A stretch of 64,000 bases of DNA from contig NC_043000.1 in the NCBI RefSeq assembly GCF_006345805.1, positions 62,248,001 to 62,312,000 on the forward strand. Reading direction: 5' to 3'. Origin of the DNA: Octopus sinensis (lineage: Eukaryota). Under the pieces are notes generated by a model. It saw only the letters and a list, made by a program, of their open reading frames with translations. It was not told where the DNA came from and searched no databases. The position numbers were made by a program, and so were the translations under genes. Positions 38,071-53,308 of the stretch are shown one piece after another (the first letter of the stretch is position 1; each line of letters begins with the position of its first letter).

Positions 38071-38539
38071 TAGAAAGAAAGAAAGACATATGTGTTATTA
38101 CCGACGTGTCAGAAAAAACGATGACAATTTTACTGAATACAAATATTTTTCAATAGCGAAATTAATCTATATTTAACGTGATATTCCGCATCATTCACAG
38201 CGCGCGCGAGCGTATGTGTGCGTACGTGTATGTGCGTGTTTGTGCGCGTGTGTGTGCGTGTAAGTCTGTATTTATGTATGCATATATGCGTATGCATGTA
38301 TGTATATATATATATATACATAGAGAGAGAAAGAGATACATATACACATACACATACATACATTTTATGCATATATATATGTGTTGTGTGTGTGTGTGTG
38401 TGTGTAAAGTATAATAGCCATCTCAATATGGCTAACCACAAAGGGTAGGTGTTACTGTAGCTTTTAGCCCCAGGAGATCATCGTCTCCAGCTGGCTTTAG
38501 GCACACTATCTGTGCCCTTATGGTATTTGCAAACGGAGG

Positions 38540-40570
<2,031 letters not shown>

Positions 40571-40690
40571 AGTAACAAACAATTAATATAAATACGTACT
40601 TGCATACATATACACACACATACATTTATACAGACACACACACACATATATGTGGGTGTATGTATACATATATACGATAATATATGTCTC

Positions 40691-40737
<47 letters not shown>

Positions 40738-40748
40738 CTCTCTCTCTC

Positions 40749-40810
<62 letters not shown>

Positions 40811-41139
40811 GGAGTGTATGTTGATTTATACAGCTAAAAAAGGTGTCGGATGACAAGGCTGTCACAATCATAAAATATTATTACTCCAAAGACCACATAT
40901 TCTGTAAAAACAATCGAATACAAAAGATAAACTGCAACAAATTCGATGCATAATCTCATAGGTATGTCTATGAGAAAAATAGACAGATTTTTTTAAAACA
41001 TACATACATGCATACATAAACACATATATACATATGCAGAAATTACATTGTATATTATTTTATGTTAATACAATACCTTACAAATGCACAAGTATTCCAA
41101 AACGCATGCCTTAGACGCTTGTGCATTGTAAGTATTATA

Positions 41140-41347
41140 TTGATTTCAAATTTTGGCGTAATACCAGCAATTCCGGGGAAGCGGGTAATTCGATTAAATT
41201 GATCACCAGTACTCAACTGCTGCTTAGTTTATCGAGCCCGAGAGGATGAAAGGCAAAGTCTCCTTCGGCAGATTTTGAACACAGAACGGACGAAATGCCG
41301 CTAAGTATTTTGCCTGGCGCACAAATGATTCTTCTGGCTCGCCGCCT
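41140..41347 (-). mobile_element. Deu/Nin SINE
   Basis: Colinear with 10229-10461, ending ggctcgccgcc. Confidence 0.85.
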
Positions 41348-41740
41348 TAAATTGTAAGTGTTACATTAATATATAAATATTATATAAAAATAATAGATCT
41401 TGACCAAAACTTCCAAACTTCAGTATTCATTTGCTTGATCAAATGTTAGTAGATGACTACTTACACAAGATCTTAATCACTTAAAGCAGTCGGAATCAGT
41501 CTGACAGTGCCTCAAGGTCGGACCATTGATGAACTTATATAAGCCATCTAGGTATCCATATTACCATATTACTTCTGTTTACTTAATTTCACTTACAAAT
41601 GGTCGGGAACTACTCGAGACTACAGAGAATGGGTCATACCTGAGATACTATGTTGTACAGTTGAACCCGAGACTACTTAACTCCGACGCGAACTACTTGC
41701 CATTCGTTGATATATGTGTATATATAACTACATACATACA

Positions 41741-41794
<54 letters not shown>

Positions 41795-42042
41795 ATATAT
41801 ATATAATAAATACAGGGTGAATACTTGATAAATGTAAGCACCTGTATATGCCAGCTAGTAGCATAGGTGATAGGGTATATGCATATATATATAGAGAGAG
41901 AGATAGATAGATATAAATATACATGTGTGTACATTTAGAAATATGTATCTATGTCTATGTATATGGGTGTCCGCTCGAGTGTGTATTCGTGTGTGTAGCT
42001 CTGTGTGTGAGAGTGCATATGTATATATGTATGTATAAATGC

Positions 42043-42080
<38 letters not shown>

Positions 42081-42559
42081 TTATATTTAAGTTGCGTGTT
42101 TGTGTGTTTGTCTCTGTGTGTCAGTGACAGTATGTTCACCCGCGTGTGTGTATACGTTTTATCTTTGCAATTTATATATAAATTAACAGCGATTACATCA
42201 TAGAATGTGCCTTTGTTCTATTGGTTGACTGTACACTCCAGTGGGTTTGAAAGTAATATTAATAACGAATGATTCAATGCGCCTGAAGTTGTCTTTTTAC
42301 TTTTGCACCCGTTGAGCTGATCGAGTGATCAGGATATAATTAACAAAATCCTATTACGAAAACATAACAAAATAATAAAATGCCAGATTGTTGGACCATT
42401 TCCAAGTGTCGCTGAATCAGCCGAATGCAGATGCATTCTTTGTCATCGGCTCAAAAATACCCTCTAAATTATGCAGCCACAGAGAAAAGAAAAAGCACTG
42501 AGCAAAGAAAGCTGTTCCACACAAGAAAATTTAATCTGAATTCTTCATGTATAAAAGAG

Positions 42560-43535
42560 CAGAAGAAAAATATTCTCAACATGTGCTGGTAGTAATAACA
42601 AGACTGGCCGATCGGAGAAGTGTGATCATTGCAAAATGGAAAACCTGGTAGATTGCAACAAATGACAAGGAATTACATTGCTCTCCGCAGTGGAAACAGT
42701 TTCTTTGATGGTGTTATCGAGTAGTATGCAAGAGAACATTGATGTAACTCCACGAAAAAAAAGCAACATTCGTTCTAGCCGCAAATTTTCATGGTGACAA
42801 ACATTAGGAAAGATTCTAGCAGGTCTTACTCATACGGAAGAACATTTGAAAGTTGCCATAGGAAATCACAATGAAGATTACTCAAACATAGGTATCTCCA
42901 AGAATACCTCAACGTTTTAAGGTATCTATCTGAAAGTTCAGTCTGTTAAGCCATGACAAACACTGGTCGTATTGACAACATTAACACCATCACTGACGCC
43001 CGTTGAGACTGCATACTTGCATCTCTCTTCCTGCTAGCAATAAATATTGCGATAGATAAAGAAGCTAAGCAATGACAGCATTACAGGGCTGCAGTGAAGG
43101 TAAATAGAAACGCTTTTCTAAATTGACCTTTGTAAATAGCATTGCACTGCTGGCACAAGCAAGATCATGGTTGCACGAACTAAGTGCCAAGATGAAGGAA
43201 CATGCAAAAAGATCACAGTCTTAATAAACTGTGCAAAGATTAATCTTCTACCTTCACTAAACAACAGGTTGTGGATGGAGTAGACAATTTATGTGATCGG
43301 TTGTGATGGAATTGTAGAATATGTCAACAACAGAATTAATATATAAGGGGTTGTATTCTAGTGTATGCACCAAACTTGGGCAACAACAGCATCAGTATTG
43401 AAATGACAATCTGGTTATATTCTACAATAAATTTGACGAACATTTAAGGAGGAGCTCCAGTTGGACAGGCGAGAACTGTAGCAGATCGACCCAACCGGGG
43501 GAACGTTTGTTGCCTTATGCGTCTTACGACGCACC
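42560..43535 (+). mobile_element. Highly decayed RTE-X-like LINE reverse transcriptase
   Basis: GITLLSAVETVSLMVL, CILASLFLLAINI, LTFVNSIALL (cf. DLDFADDIALL) and ADRPNRGNV near the 3' end; many stops. Confidence 0.6.
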
Positions 43536-43644
43536 CCAACCTCATCTTATCTCTCTCTGACACTTTCTCTTTTTTCTCCTTCTCTCCCATTCTCTCTCTA
43601 TATATATCTATTTATCTCTTTCTCTCTCCCCCCTCTCTTTCGAT

Positions 43645-43647
43645 GTG

Positions 43648-43685
<38 letters not shown>

Positions 43686-43693
43686 GATCGATC

Positions 43694-43774
<81 letters not shown>

Positions 43775-43775
43775 C

Positions 43776-43871
<96 letters not shown>

Positions 43872-43880
43872 CTAGCTAGC
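43645..43880. repeat. (TATC)n microsatellite
   Basis: Direct reading. Confidence 0.97.
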
Positions 43881-45215
43881 TTTTTCTTTCACTCTCTCTG
43901 TATATCTGTGTATCTAGCGTGTACGCGAACACTTCAATGAAAGATGGAAGACAAAAGTAGTTTTTTTTTCTGGATAACATGCAGTTAGTATTGTGTTAAA
44001 TCTATTCAAGCAGAATTACTGTTTTTGTGATTTTAGGAATGAAAAAAGAAAAACTACCGACAATAATTAATAAAACGGTCAATGTTAGGGTAGTGGAGGG
44101 TAATGTTGTCACCCAATTATTATATTTACCATGAACAATTAGTGTTACAATAGCCTAATACTTTATTGTGAGACTTAAAGCGGTCGGTAAAATATTGATT
44201 TTTCAGCCCATATTATCCACTTCAACTAACTTCAGAAACAAATTGCAAAACTTCCCCTCTCTGTTATAGTTATACCACCGAAAACAGATATATCAAGATG
44301 CTAGAAAAATTATCAGGAGGATATAAAAAAATGAAATTGTAAATAAAATTACGATAACTCAAGATAATGTGATATAAGGATTCTTTAGTTTGTTTTTCTG
44401 TAGACTGAACTTTTTCTATTTTTCTTTCTTTTAAAGATCTAGCAATCTCTTAAGACTTTATAGCATCGGAAACAGTCAAAATACGACAGTATGGTGATGT
44501 TTAACTCACTATGCATAGAGTGAAATATACGAAAGCTAAATTTTGAAGCCGTAACATTTTTTTTCCATTTCCCAAAAGATGCAAAGAAGAAATATTCACT
44601 CTTAAATCTGATTTCGATTCTATTTTATCTGCAGCCGCTGACATATGTTCTGACTAAAATCTGACATGTTTGTCGTATAAGTTTATGTTCTTATTTTATA
44701 CATTTATTTTTTCAGTATAAAACCAACAACAGCAAAAAAATTGAAGAAAATGCCTGCCAATAAGATAGTTAAACAGCCACTAGACTCACTGACAACAAAC
44801 GGCCTGGAAATGTATATTTGGAGATATTGACTTAATCGCAAGGAAGCAAATGCTACACATTAACATATATTATATTTTATGAAATGATGATGAAGCACTA
44901 ATAAAAGTTATAATAAGGATTTATAAATTTAGTACAAGTCTTCGTTACTTACACTATTGACCCTAGAGAGAAAAGTTCCTCAGTCAACTTTGCAATTTCA
45001 GTACTCTGTCAATACTTTCAGCCGTCACCCTCTCTGATAGTGATTTATAAATGCCTCACAATGTACCGCGTGACACAAATGTTCCACAAGTAAATATTTT
45101 AGTGACTCCGTATCAGTAAAAACAAAAATTAGTCTTGACAGGATTTTTCACTCCCAAAATAGGCAATCTGCAAACTTCAATAATAATAATGATAATAACA
45201 ATAATAATAATAATA

Positions 45216-45985
45216 ATTCCATCCGTCGCCGCTGTTGGTCGTAGCGGGGAGTCGGAAATGGCGCGCTGGAAAAAGGCAAGGAAAGGGGGCACTGGGAAAA
45301 AGAAAAAAGCGGCCGGCAGTTTCACGAAACGACCCGTCCTTCCTTCTTTCCGCCCTACGAGCGCGCCGCTGAACTCTCCGTCTCCCGCCATGCCAGACCA
45401 TCTTCGTAGCACAGCACTGCAACGGCCGCCCGCCTCGAAGCGAGGCGGACAGGTAACGGAGCAGAGGAGGAACGTTCGCCTGAAAGACGACGAAAGCGAG
45501 AGACGGGTGTAAAAAAACAAAACAAAAATGAGGGAGAAGGGCCTCTTTGAGCCTTTTTAGACAAACTCCTCTAGAAATGGAGCCTCGATAAAAATATTGG
45601 TGGTTGTGACATCTTATCAACACTTTCCTTTGCATGAATGTAATGAATAATAGAATTAACACAAACAGATGACGGTCTTTCGCCCAGTAGGAACCCTGTG
45701 GGTGAGCAGCACAGACCCGGTAATCATTATGCGGCTGCTAGAACTAAATGGACTAAGACGATACATGAGAGCAGAACAAGCCTAAAATAACCGCTGAGTG
45801 TGAAACAGCTAGGATTTTGAAATTGGTACTTAGATGTTGAATGTCTCCCACGATAATTAACAACCAAGTTTCAAAGCTTATAATGTGCGTAAAGAGACTC
45901 TGTGAGACATATGATAGCAGGCTGCCGTCCGCTCTCACAGAATCTACCAGAACAAGCAAGACAGAACGTTCTGAGAAGTAAAGCG
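45216..45985 (+). mobile_element. R4/Dong-like LINE pieces: GC-rich putative 5'UTR, ORF start and a CCHC fragment
   Basis: Follows (ATA)n; DDGLSPSRNPVGEQHRPGNHYAAARTKWTK resembles the R4 N-terminal KWT motif; RDSVRHMIAGCRPLSQ resembles the CCHC knuckle tail. Confidence 0.5.
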
Positions 45986-45988
45986 ATG

Positions 45989-46113
45989 CTACTACTACTA
46001 CTACTACTACTACTAACTACTACTACTACTACTACTACTACTAATACTACTACTGCTACTACTACTACCACCACCACCACCACCACCACTAATAATAATA
46101 ATAATAATAATAA

Positions 46114-46144
<31 letters not shown>

Positions 46145-46203
46145 AAGAAGAAGAAGAAGAAGAAGAAGAAGAAGAAAGAAGAGAAGAAGAAGAAGAAGAA
46201 GAA
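45989..46203. repeat. Compound trinucleotide array (CTA)n(CCA)n(AAT)n(AAG)n
   Basis: Direct reading. Confidence 0.97.
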
Positions 46204-46204
46204 A

Positions 46205-49200
46205 CTTACATATCTACAGTTTTCGAACACACAAACGATCATCTTTAAAAATAAAATAAAGGGCCGGACGTTGTTCCGCGTGTCCCGCAAATAAAACCAA
46301 AAGGGCATAAATGGACACGTGAGGAATATATTTCAATCCTACATGGTTATTTTACAGCAGTGCTCAACCGAAAGAATGAAAACAACATATACATATAAAA
46401 TATGGAAGAAAAATAACCTAAATAAAGACGTGGATACAGCAATGAACCTCAATAAACTAGCTAACATACGAAGATGTATTCTCAAAGCAAAAAAAAAATA
46501 TTAAAACTAGAAAAAGAACATTTAAAAGGAAAAATACATTAGGAAAATGTAGATAGTAGCCCCACAACAATGCCAAATAATATAAACACTGAGTAAAACC
46601 CGAAGATAGACGTAATATTTCCAACAAAAACGAAGTAAACAAAAAACAACAAACCCAGACCGTAGGGTGTATAATAATGTACAAAAAGAACCAATCCAGA
46701 ACACCACAGACAAACATATGAATGAGAAGGAAGGCGAAACAAATCTAAAATCTAAAAACAGTGAAGGGGAACCTAATGATTATGATACTATAAAAATGAG
46801 AATAATCAAATAACTGAAAACCACAGATCTCAGAATGGACCATCGATTATACCTACCAAAAATCAAACTAGACAATAAAACAACATCAGTAATAAATAGC
46901 GTAAACCTGGCCGTCACGGAACTGAAAACCACAGAAGCAAATGGCAATATCACTGAACTAAATGACATAATATATACAGCAGCCACTGCAGCCACAAAAG
47001 AAGCTGGATACTCCCTCAAACCCATCCAAACTGGAGTACCACCACCCAAACAGACACCGTGGATAAATAATATTAAACAATAGAAAAAAGAGAAAAGATC
47101 TGTCGATTCTTAACGAAATTAGTAGACAATCAACACTACTAAGTAAAAAGAAGAAAACGAAAATACTGTGCAAATACAACATTACAGAAAATGATTTACC
47201 TGAGGTAAAAGAAAAGCTAAAGCAAGATATCCTTGCCAAAGCACAAGGGATCCGCCGGTATAAGAAACGCCAACGTTTCTTTGAACAAAACAAACAGTTC
47301 AAATCCAACCCCAAAAAATTCTACCAAGAACTTGACAAAAATAAAATAGACATCACTGCAGCACCAACAGCAGAAGAATTGGAAGAATTTTGGAAAGAAA
47401 CATGGTCGGCGAGGGAACAACCTCAGAAAAGGACTATTAAAACAACGAACTTAGCACCTGAGCAATTTTGGACCCTTATAACAACTGAAGACATCACCAA
47501 GACATTGCAAAGACCAAGCAAATGGAAGGCACCTGAACACAACAAGATCCCCAACTTCTGGTTAAAATATCTGACAAGAATACACAAAAAGCTGGCTGAA
47601 AACTTTAATGACATACTAGCAGAGCCAGAGACAATGCCTGAATGGCTCACGAAAAGGAAAACTATCCTAAATCCCAAATCCACTGAAACGGCAAAACCCA
47701 CAAAACTACAGACCTATAACCTGTCAATTTACAAAGCGTATACTGCAATAATATCGCAGAGATTGAGCAAGCATCTGGAAGAAAACAACCTGTTTCCAGA
47801 AGAGCAGAAGGGATGCTGCAAGGGCTCATACGGCTGTAAAGATCAACTAATAAATCAATAAAGTCATAACTGAAGACAGCTGTAGAAAGAAGAAAGGCCT
47901 CAGTATGGCCTGGATTGACTACTAAAAGGATTTTGATAGCATTCCCCTCACGTGGATCCTCGAAACACTAGCCATGAACAAGGTAGCACCAATAATTATA
48001 AAATACACAAGATACTCTATGAATAAATGGCAGACAGTGCTACAGCTCCAAACGAAAGAGGCACTCGTGAAAAACCAAAGCTATCCCCATTAGAAGAGTA
48101 ATATGCCAGGGAGAACGCTCTCTCCACTCCTTTTCTGCTTGGTATTGACACCTTTATCTGACATGCTAAATAGAACTGGATGCGGATACAAATGTTACGG
48201 CAAAACAATCAGCCACCTTTTATGTATGGATGACCTAAAACTATACGTTGCAAATGATAGATAGCTGGAAACACTACTACAGGCAGTTCATGGATTTACC
48301 AAAGAAATAGATATTGGATTAGAAAAATGTGCCAAAGCAACCCCGAAAAGAGAAAAACTAGTTAAGAGTAGCAACATCACACTAGATAAAGCCAATTAAA
48401 TAAGAGAATTAGTCCAAAGCCATACATACAAATATTTAGGGATCAATGAACTAGATACGATACAACATACACAAATGAAAGAGAAAATAAAGAAATAATA
48501 CTATAGACAAGTTAGATCAATACTGAAAATTGAACTCAATGCGAATAACAAGACAATAGGTATTAGCACTTTAACCGTCCCAGTTATAAGTTACAGCTGC
48601 AATATCCTTAACTGGACACTAAATGAACTAACCAAAATAGAAAGAAAAACAAGGAAAATAATGACAGGATCTATGATGCACCACCTAAAAACTGACATAG
48701 AAAGGTTATATATACAATGCATAGAAGTTGCTAGAGGCCTTATACAGCTGGAAAACTATTATAAAATAACCACCATAGGACTGCAAATATACCTACTTCA
48801 GAAGCAAGGAAAACTAATACAAATAGCCACAAAACACGAGCAAAACAAAAACCTGTTTCCAGTATTTAAGGAAGCTGACAAATACAAGCAAAATATCATA
48901 CTTCCTAACAAATATGAGGAAGAAGAAGAAGAAGAAGAAGAAGAAGAAGAAGAAGAAGAAGAAGAAGAAGAAGAAGAAGAAGAAGAAGAAGAAGAAGAAG
49001 AAGAAACAACAACAAAAGCTATAAAACAAAAGAAATCCAAACTAAATCTAGAACAGCAACCGTCCATAATAAAACGATGGCAAGAAAAGCCCCTTCATGG
49101 CAAATACTGGGCTAAACTAAATGCAAAAGAAATAGACAGAGAAAAATCCCAGCAATGGTTGAGAAGCTCAGGACTGAAGTATTTTTAATTGCAGCACAAG

Positions 49201-49955
49201 ACCAAAGCTTCCCACCAGAAATTACCCAAAACATATAATGAGAAGAAACATAACAAGTAACTGCAGAATGTGTGGAGATGGACAAGAAACAATTGTAGGA
49301 AACAGGTTATAGGTCTGTAGAAGCAGTAAATCCTGGCTAAGAAGGAATATATTCACAGACACGACAGAGTTGGGACCTACATACACTGGAAGCTATGCCA
49401 ACACTATGGAATAACAATAGAAAAAAGATGGTATAAGTACACGCCAGAAGAGGTCACAGAAAACGAGAAAGCAACCATACTCTGGGATATGCCAATACAC
49501 ACAGATAGAGAAATTAAGGCTAATAGGCCAGATATAGTTGTCTGAGATCATGAAGAAAAAAGTGCTTTCTGATTGATGTATAAATACCAGCAGATTACAA
49601 CGTTTCTCTAAAAGAAATGGAGAAACTTTCAAAATACAAAGACCTGGAAATAGAGGTAACTCGAATCTAAAAACAGAAACAATTCCTATCATTGTAGGCG
49701 CATTAAGTATCATAAAATATTCAGACAAATACATAACAAAAACACCAGAACTTTTAAATATATATATCATACAGAAAATTGCACTACTGGGCACTGTACA
49801 TATCGTACGCAAAACATTTTCAATACAGTAACCATAAGAGCATCACAGCAAACCACAGCACTTACCCAAGGCACACAAAGCTGCGTTCGGTAGTGAAGTG
49901 AAAGCACACTATAAAAATATAACTACTGAATAATAACAATAATAATGATAATAAT
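46205..49955 (+). mobile_element. R4/Dong-like RLE non-LTR retrotransposon, near full length, inactivated
   Basis: GHKWTREEYISILHGYF, KLANIRRCILK, WKAPEHNKIPNFWLK, EQKGCCKGSYGCKDQLIN, AWIDY, LCMDDLKLY, ERLYIQ..RGLIQL, KPLHGKY, CRMCG, NRPDIVV (RLE); ends in (AAT)n. Confidence 0.93.
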
Positions 49956-50228
49956 ATTTTTAAAAGAATTAACGTAACTCTTCACAAATGTAAACAGTCA
50001 AGACGAAGAGCGTGATTCGATTGTAATAGATATTTTATGGGTTGAACGATATTCCGACAGTAAGTCTGTCTTTGTCAGGTACAAAATACGAAGTAATAAA
50101 AATTCAAAATTACAGAAATTTAAATTTCTTTCTCATTTTCTCTGACTTTCCTGGGGCGTACCTATACCATCTTTTCTCTGTTGTTATTCCATAGTGTTGG
50201 CATAGCTTCCAGTGTATAATTTTAGCAA

Positions 50229-50281
<53 letters not shown>

Positions 50282-50292
50282 TACTACTACAA

Positions 50293-50332
<40 letters not shown>

Positions 50333-50398
50333 CACTGTTGTTGCTGCTGCTACTGCTGCTGCTGCCGTTGCTGCTATTGTTGTTATGGATACAACTAC
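50229..50398. repeat. Compound (CTA)n(CTG)n(TTG) array
   Basis: Direct reading. Confidence 0.95.
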
Positions 50399-50949
50399 TA
50401 ATCTCAACCCTTTTGTCAACGTTACTCCTTAATGTCCCCGTTCTGTGGTCATGGACTGATTCAATATAGTATTTTATTGTATGATCTCCATTAAAGGATT
50501 TTTATCGCACTGTAATGCTTTTTTTTTTTTTGTATTTTTGTACGATTTGCATTACAATTCTTAATTCTCTTCTTTGAAGTCATTAGTTCCTGATTTGCTG
50601 TACTGTGAAATGTCACAAAAGCCTCCACTGAGAGAAAGTAAGAAGAGAGAGTAGATGAATTACAACCAAATGTCAAGTTAGCTGACCAGCAATAAGCACC
50701 AGACACGAAAACCAAAATGACTGACCTATATTGATGAAAAATATATTTAAATCCCTGATGCCTGCCAGATACTGGCCTACGGCCTTGCCTCTCAAGCCTG
50801 TTGCACAGGAAAAATGTCTCGTAGTGTGACCGAAATTTTTACACCAAGCAATAAATGTTTAATTTAACAGGTTTTTTTGTGTGTTTTGTAAATGTCTAAT
50901 ACCTGACTTCCATACTGTAATTGTTATATGTAATATAATGCATTATATA

Positions 50950-51810
50950 CTAGGTCTGATCAATAAGTATCCGGACTGCTGCTATAAAAACAATACGTAC
51001 CAATTTGGCACGTAATCCCCTTCAAAAGCCACACACTTAATCCAGCACTATTTCCGTTGATGGAACATTCCTGTAACTTGTTTTCTTAGATAATCAGCAG
51101 CTGCTACGTTGCATTCTTCCTTTTAAGCGGGATTTGGTTTTGGAAAGAGGAAAAGTTGTAAGAGGCGAGATCTGGGGAATATGGTAGCTGTCGGACCTGG
51201 GGAATGACGTACCTAGCCAAAGAAAACTGCACTGAGTGGGTATGTGCGTTGCCATGGTGCAGTTGCCACTCACCGGACGCATCCAGTTATGACCTTTTCC
51301 GACGGATAGCATCCCACAAACGCCGTAAAATGTTACGGTACTACTCCTTGTTTACTGTCTGACCAGGTGGAGCATATTCATGACGACGACGATCTTCCTT
51401 CACAGCCGCACGCACATCTTGTATTTTTTTCAGTTCCACTGGTTGCGGGTCTCCCAGAACGTTCGTCACTCTCGACATTTTTTCGGTCATCTTGGAAACG
51501 TCTAAACCACTCATACACTTGAGTGTGGCTCATACACTCCTCTCCATACACTTTTTGCAATAGTGCGTAGACCTCTGAGCAGGTATCACCAGGTTTTTGG
51601 TACAATCTGATGTAAATTCTCTGCTCAACTTTCTGTCATGGTCAATGCGACAATCATACGCTACACACGTTCCTTCCAATCATTGCTGTAAACAGCAGAA
51701 GTGAGCTAGAACATTAAAATTTAGTGTGCATGCAGAGCAGAGTTCAAGGTCAATCTATGCTGAGTAACTTTACTCTGCATATTTTAGCTTCGTTACTATG
51801 GCAACAGACC
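50950..51810 (-). mobile_element. mariner (DD34D-like) internal-deletion derivative, one TIR intact
   Basis: TA-CTAGGTCTGATCAATAAGTATCCGGAC TIR; GDTCSEVYALLQKVYGEECMSHTQVYEWFRRF..DERSGRP (HTH); WQLHHGNAHTH and LPYSPDLAS motifs. Confidence 0.88.
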
Positions 51811-51819
51811 ACATGTATA

Positions 51820-53176
51820 CAGGGTGCGTAAGATATTTGAGGACATATTTATATTTATAAAAAGAAAACAAATATATAATAACAGATAATAACTTTATTT
51901 ATCAAAAAAATGTTACGAAGATAAAAATAAACCTTCTTTTTTATAATTTTATTCAATAAAGTCACCTTCAACTTCAACAACTGCTTCTATATGACAGCTA
52001 AATCATCTACATGCTCGAATCAAGTGGCCCTTGTTCATTTTGGACATTACTCTGACTATGACATCTTTCAAAGAATCTTTGATGTTATGGGTGTGTTCAT
52101 TTACCTCCTTCTCAACAACGCTCCACGTGTAATAGTACAATAGATTGAGATCTGGGGAATTAGGAAGCCAAATGTTAGAGGTTATGTGATCATGAAAATG
52201 TTCAACCATCCATTCCTGTGTTACTAGAGCCATGTATGATAGTACAGAATCTTACTGAAACACATATGGCCTTCCATTGCATACACTGTCTATCCAGGGC
52301 TTAACAATTATTTCTAGAACATCATTGTTGGTGGCAGAGTTAAGTCAAAGGCCTGGTGGAAAGAAGTAAGGAGACATTACATGTCCTTCATTGCTGATAA
52401 CCCTAAAGCAATGACTTTGCAGGAAATTTTGTATGCATAACACTTGGAACATCAGAAGGCTCTGCACATAGCCATCTGTCATTTCTTCTATTAACTTTTT
52501 GATCTTGGTCGAAGTTTTTCTTGTTTGAGAAAAACCAAATCAAATCTACTAGATTTTTCTGTTTGTTTAAGAGCCTTTTAAATCTGATGTGATTTTCTTG
52601 TTTTCTCTGATATATTGACCTTTGCTCATCATATAAGACTTATATCTGATGTCTTCGTGGACAACATTTCTGACTGTTCCTTCTGACACGTGAAGATCTT
52701 TTGCAATTGACTTCATGGACTTTCTGGGATTGTAACCAATGGTCTGTTGAACTTGCTGGATAAATTTAAGTTTTCTGATGATTTTAGCGTGTTTAGAATG
52801 ATTTTACTGCTTTGATACTGGTGATACGTTTTCATCTTCAGTCTGTAGCTCCTTACAAACTTTGTAAACGAAATATTTAGCAACTTTTAAAAATCGAGAT
52901 ATTTCTAAATCGCTATGCTCAGCCTTTATAACCACAATAACAGTATGTCTCTTCATTTCTTGAGCAAGCTGAGAGTCTGCCATTACTTGGAAGATTAGAA
53001 CTGATTTCATTCTCGTGTGAAGGCAGTAATTGCTCAAGAGGTGGCTATATTGAGTGATAAATGTTTTTGTTGTAATAAATTTTACATTAAAATTATGTGT
53101 CTACTACCTTTATTTTAGTATTTATAACCAGTTTTATGTATCGCAAAAATTGTCTCAATTTATCTGCAAGACCTTG
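51820..53176 (-). mobile_element. Tc1/mariner maT-like transposon, both TIRs, decayed transposase
   Basis: TA-CAGGGTGCGTAAGATA ... TATCTGCAAGACCTTG-TA; MKRHTVIVVIKAEHSDLEISRFLKV; IWLPNSPDLNLLYYYTWSVVEKEVN..HLIRACR..IEAVVEVEGDFIE*. Confidence 0.9.
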
Positions 53177-53257
53177 TACATACACACAGATACACATGCA
53201 CACACACATATACGCACGCACGCACAGACACGCGCGCGCACGTGCACACACAGATAT

Positions 53258-53308
53258 ATTCTTGTACTTGTTTCAGTCATTTGACTGTGGCCATGCTGGA
53301 GCACCCCC
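53258..53308 (-). mobile_element. CORE-type SINE 3' tip
   Basis: tacttgtttcagtcatttgactgtggccatgctggagcacc. Confidence 0.8.

Noticed and set aside
45113-45662. Overlapping 125-161 aa ORFs on both strands
   Set aside because: Explained by high GC content and (ATA)n; no recognisable protein motif.
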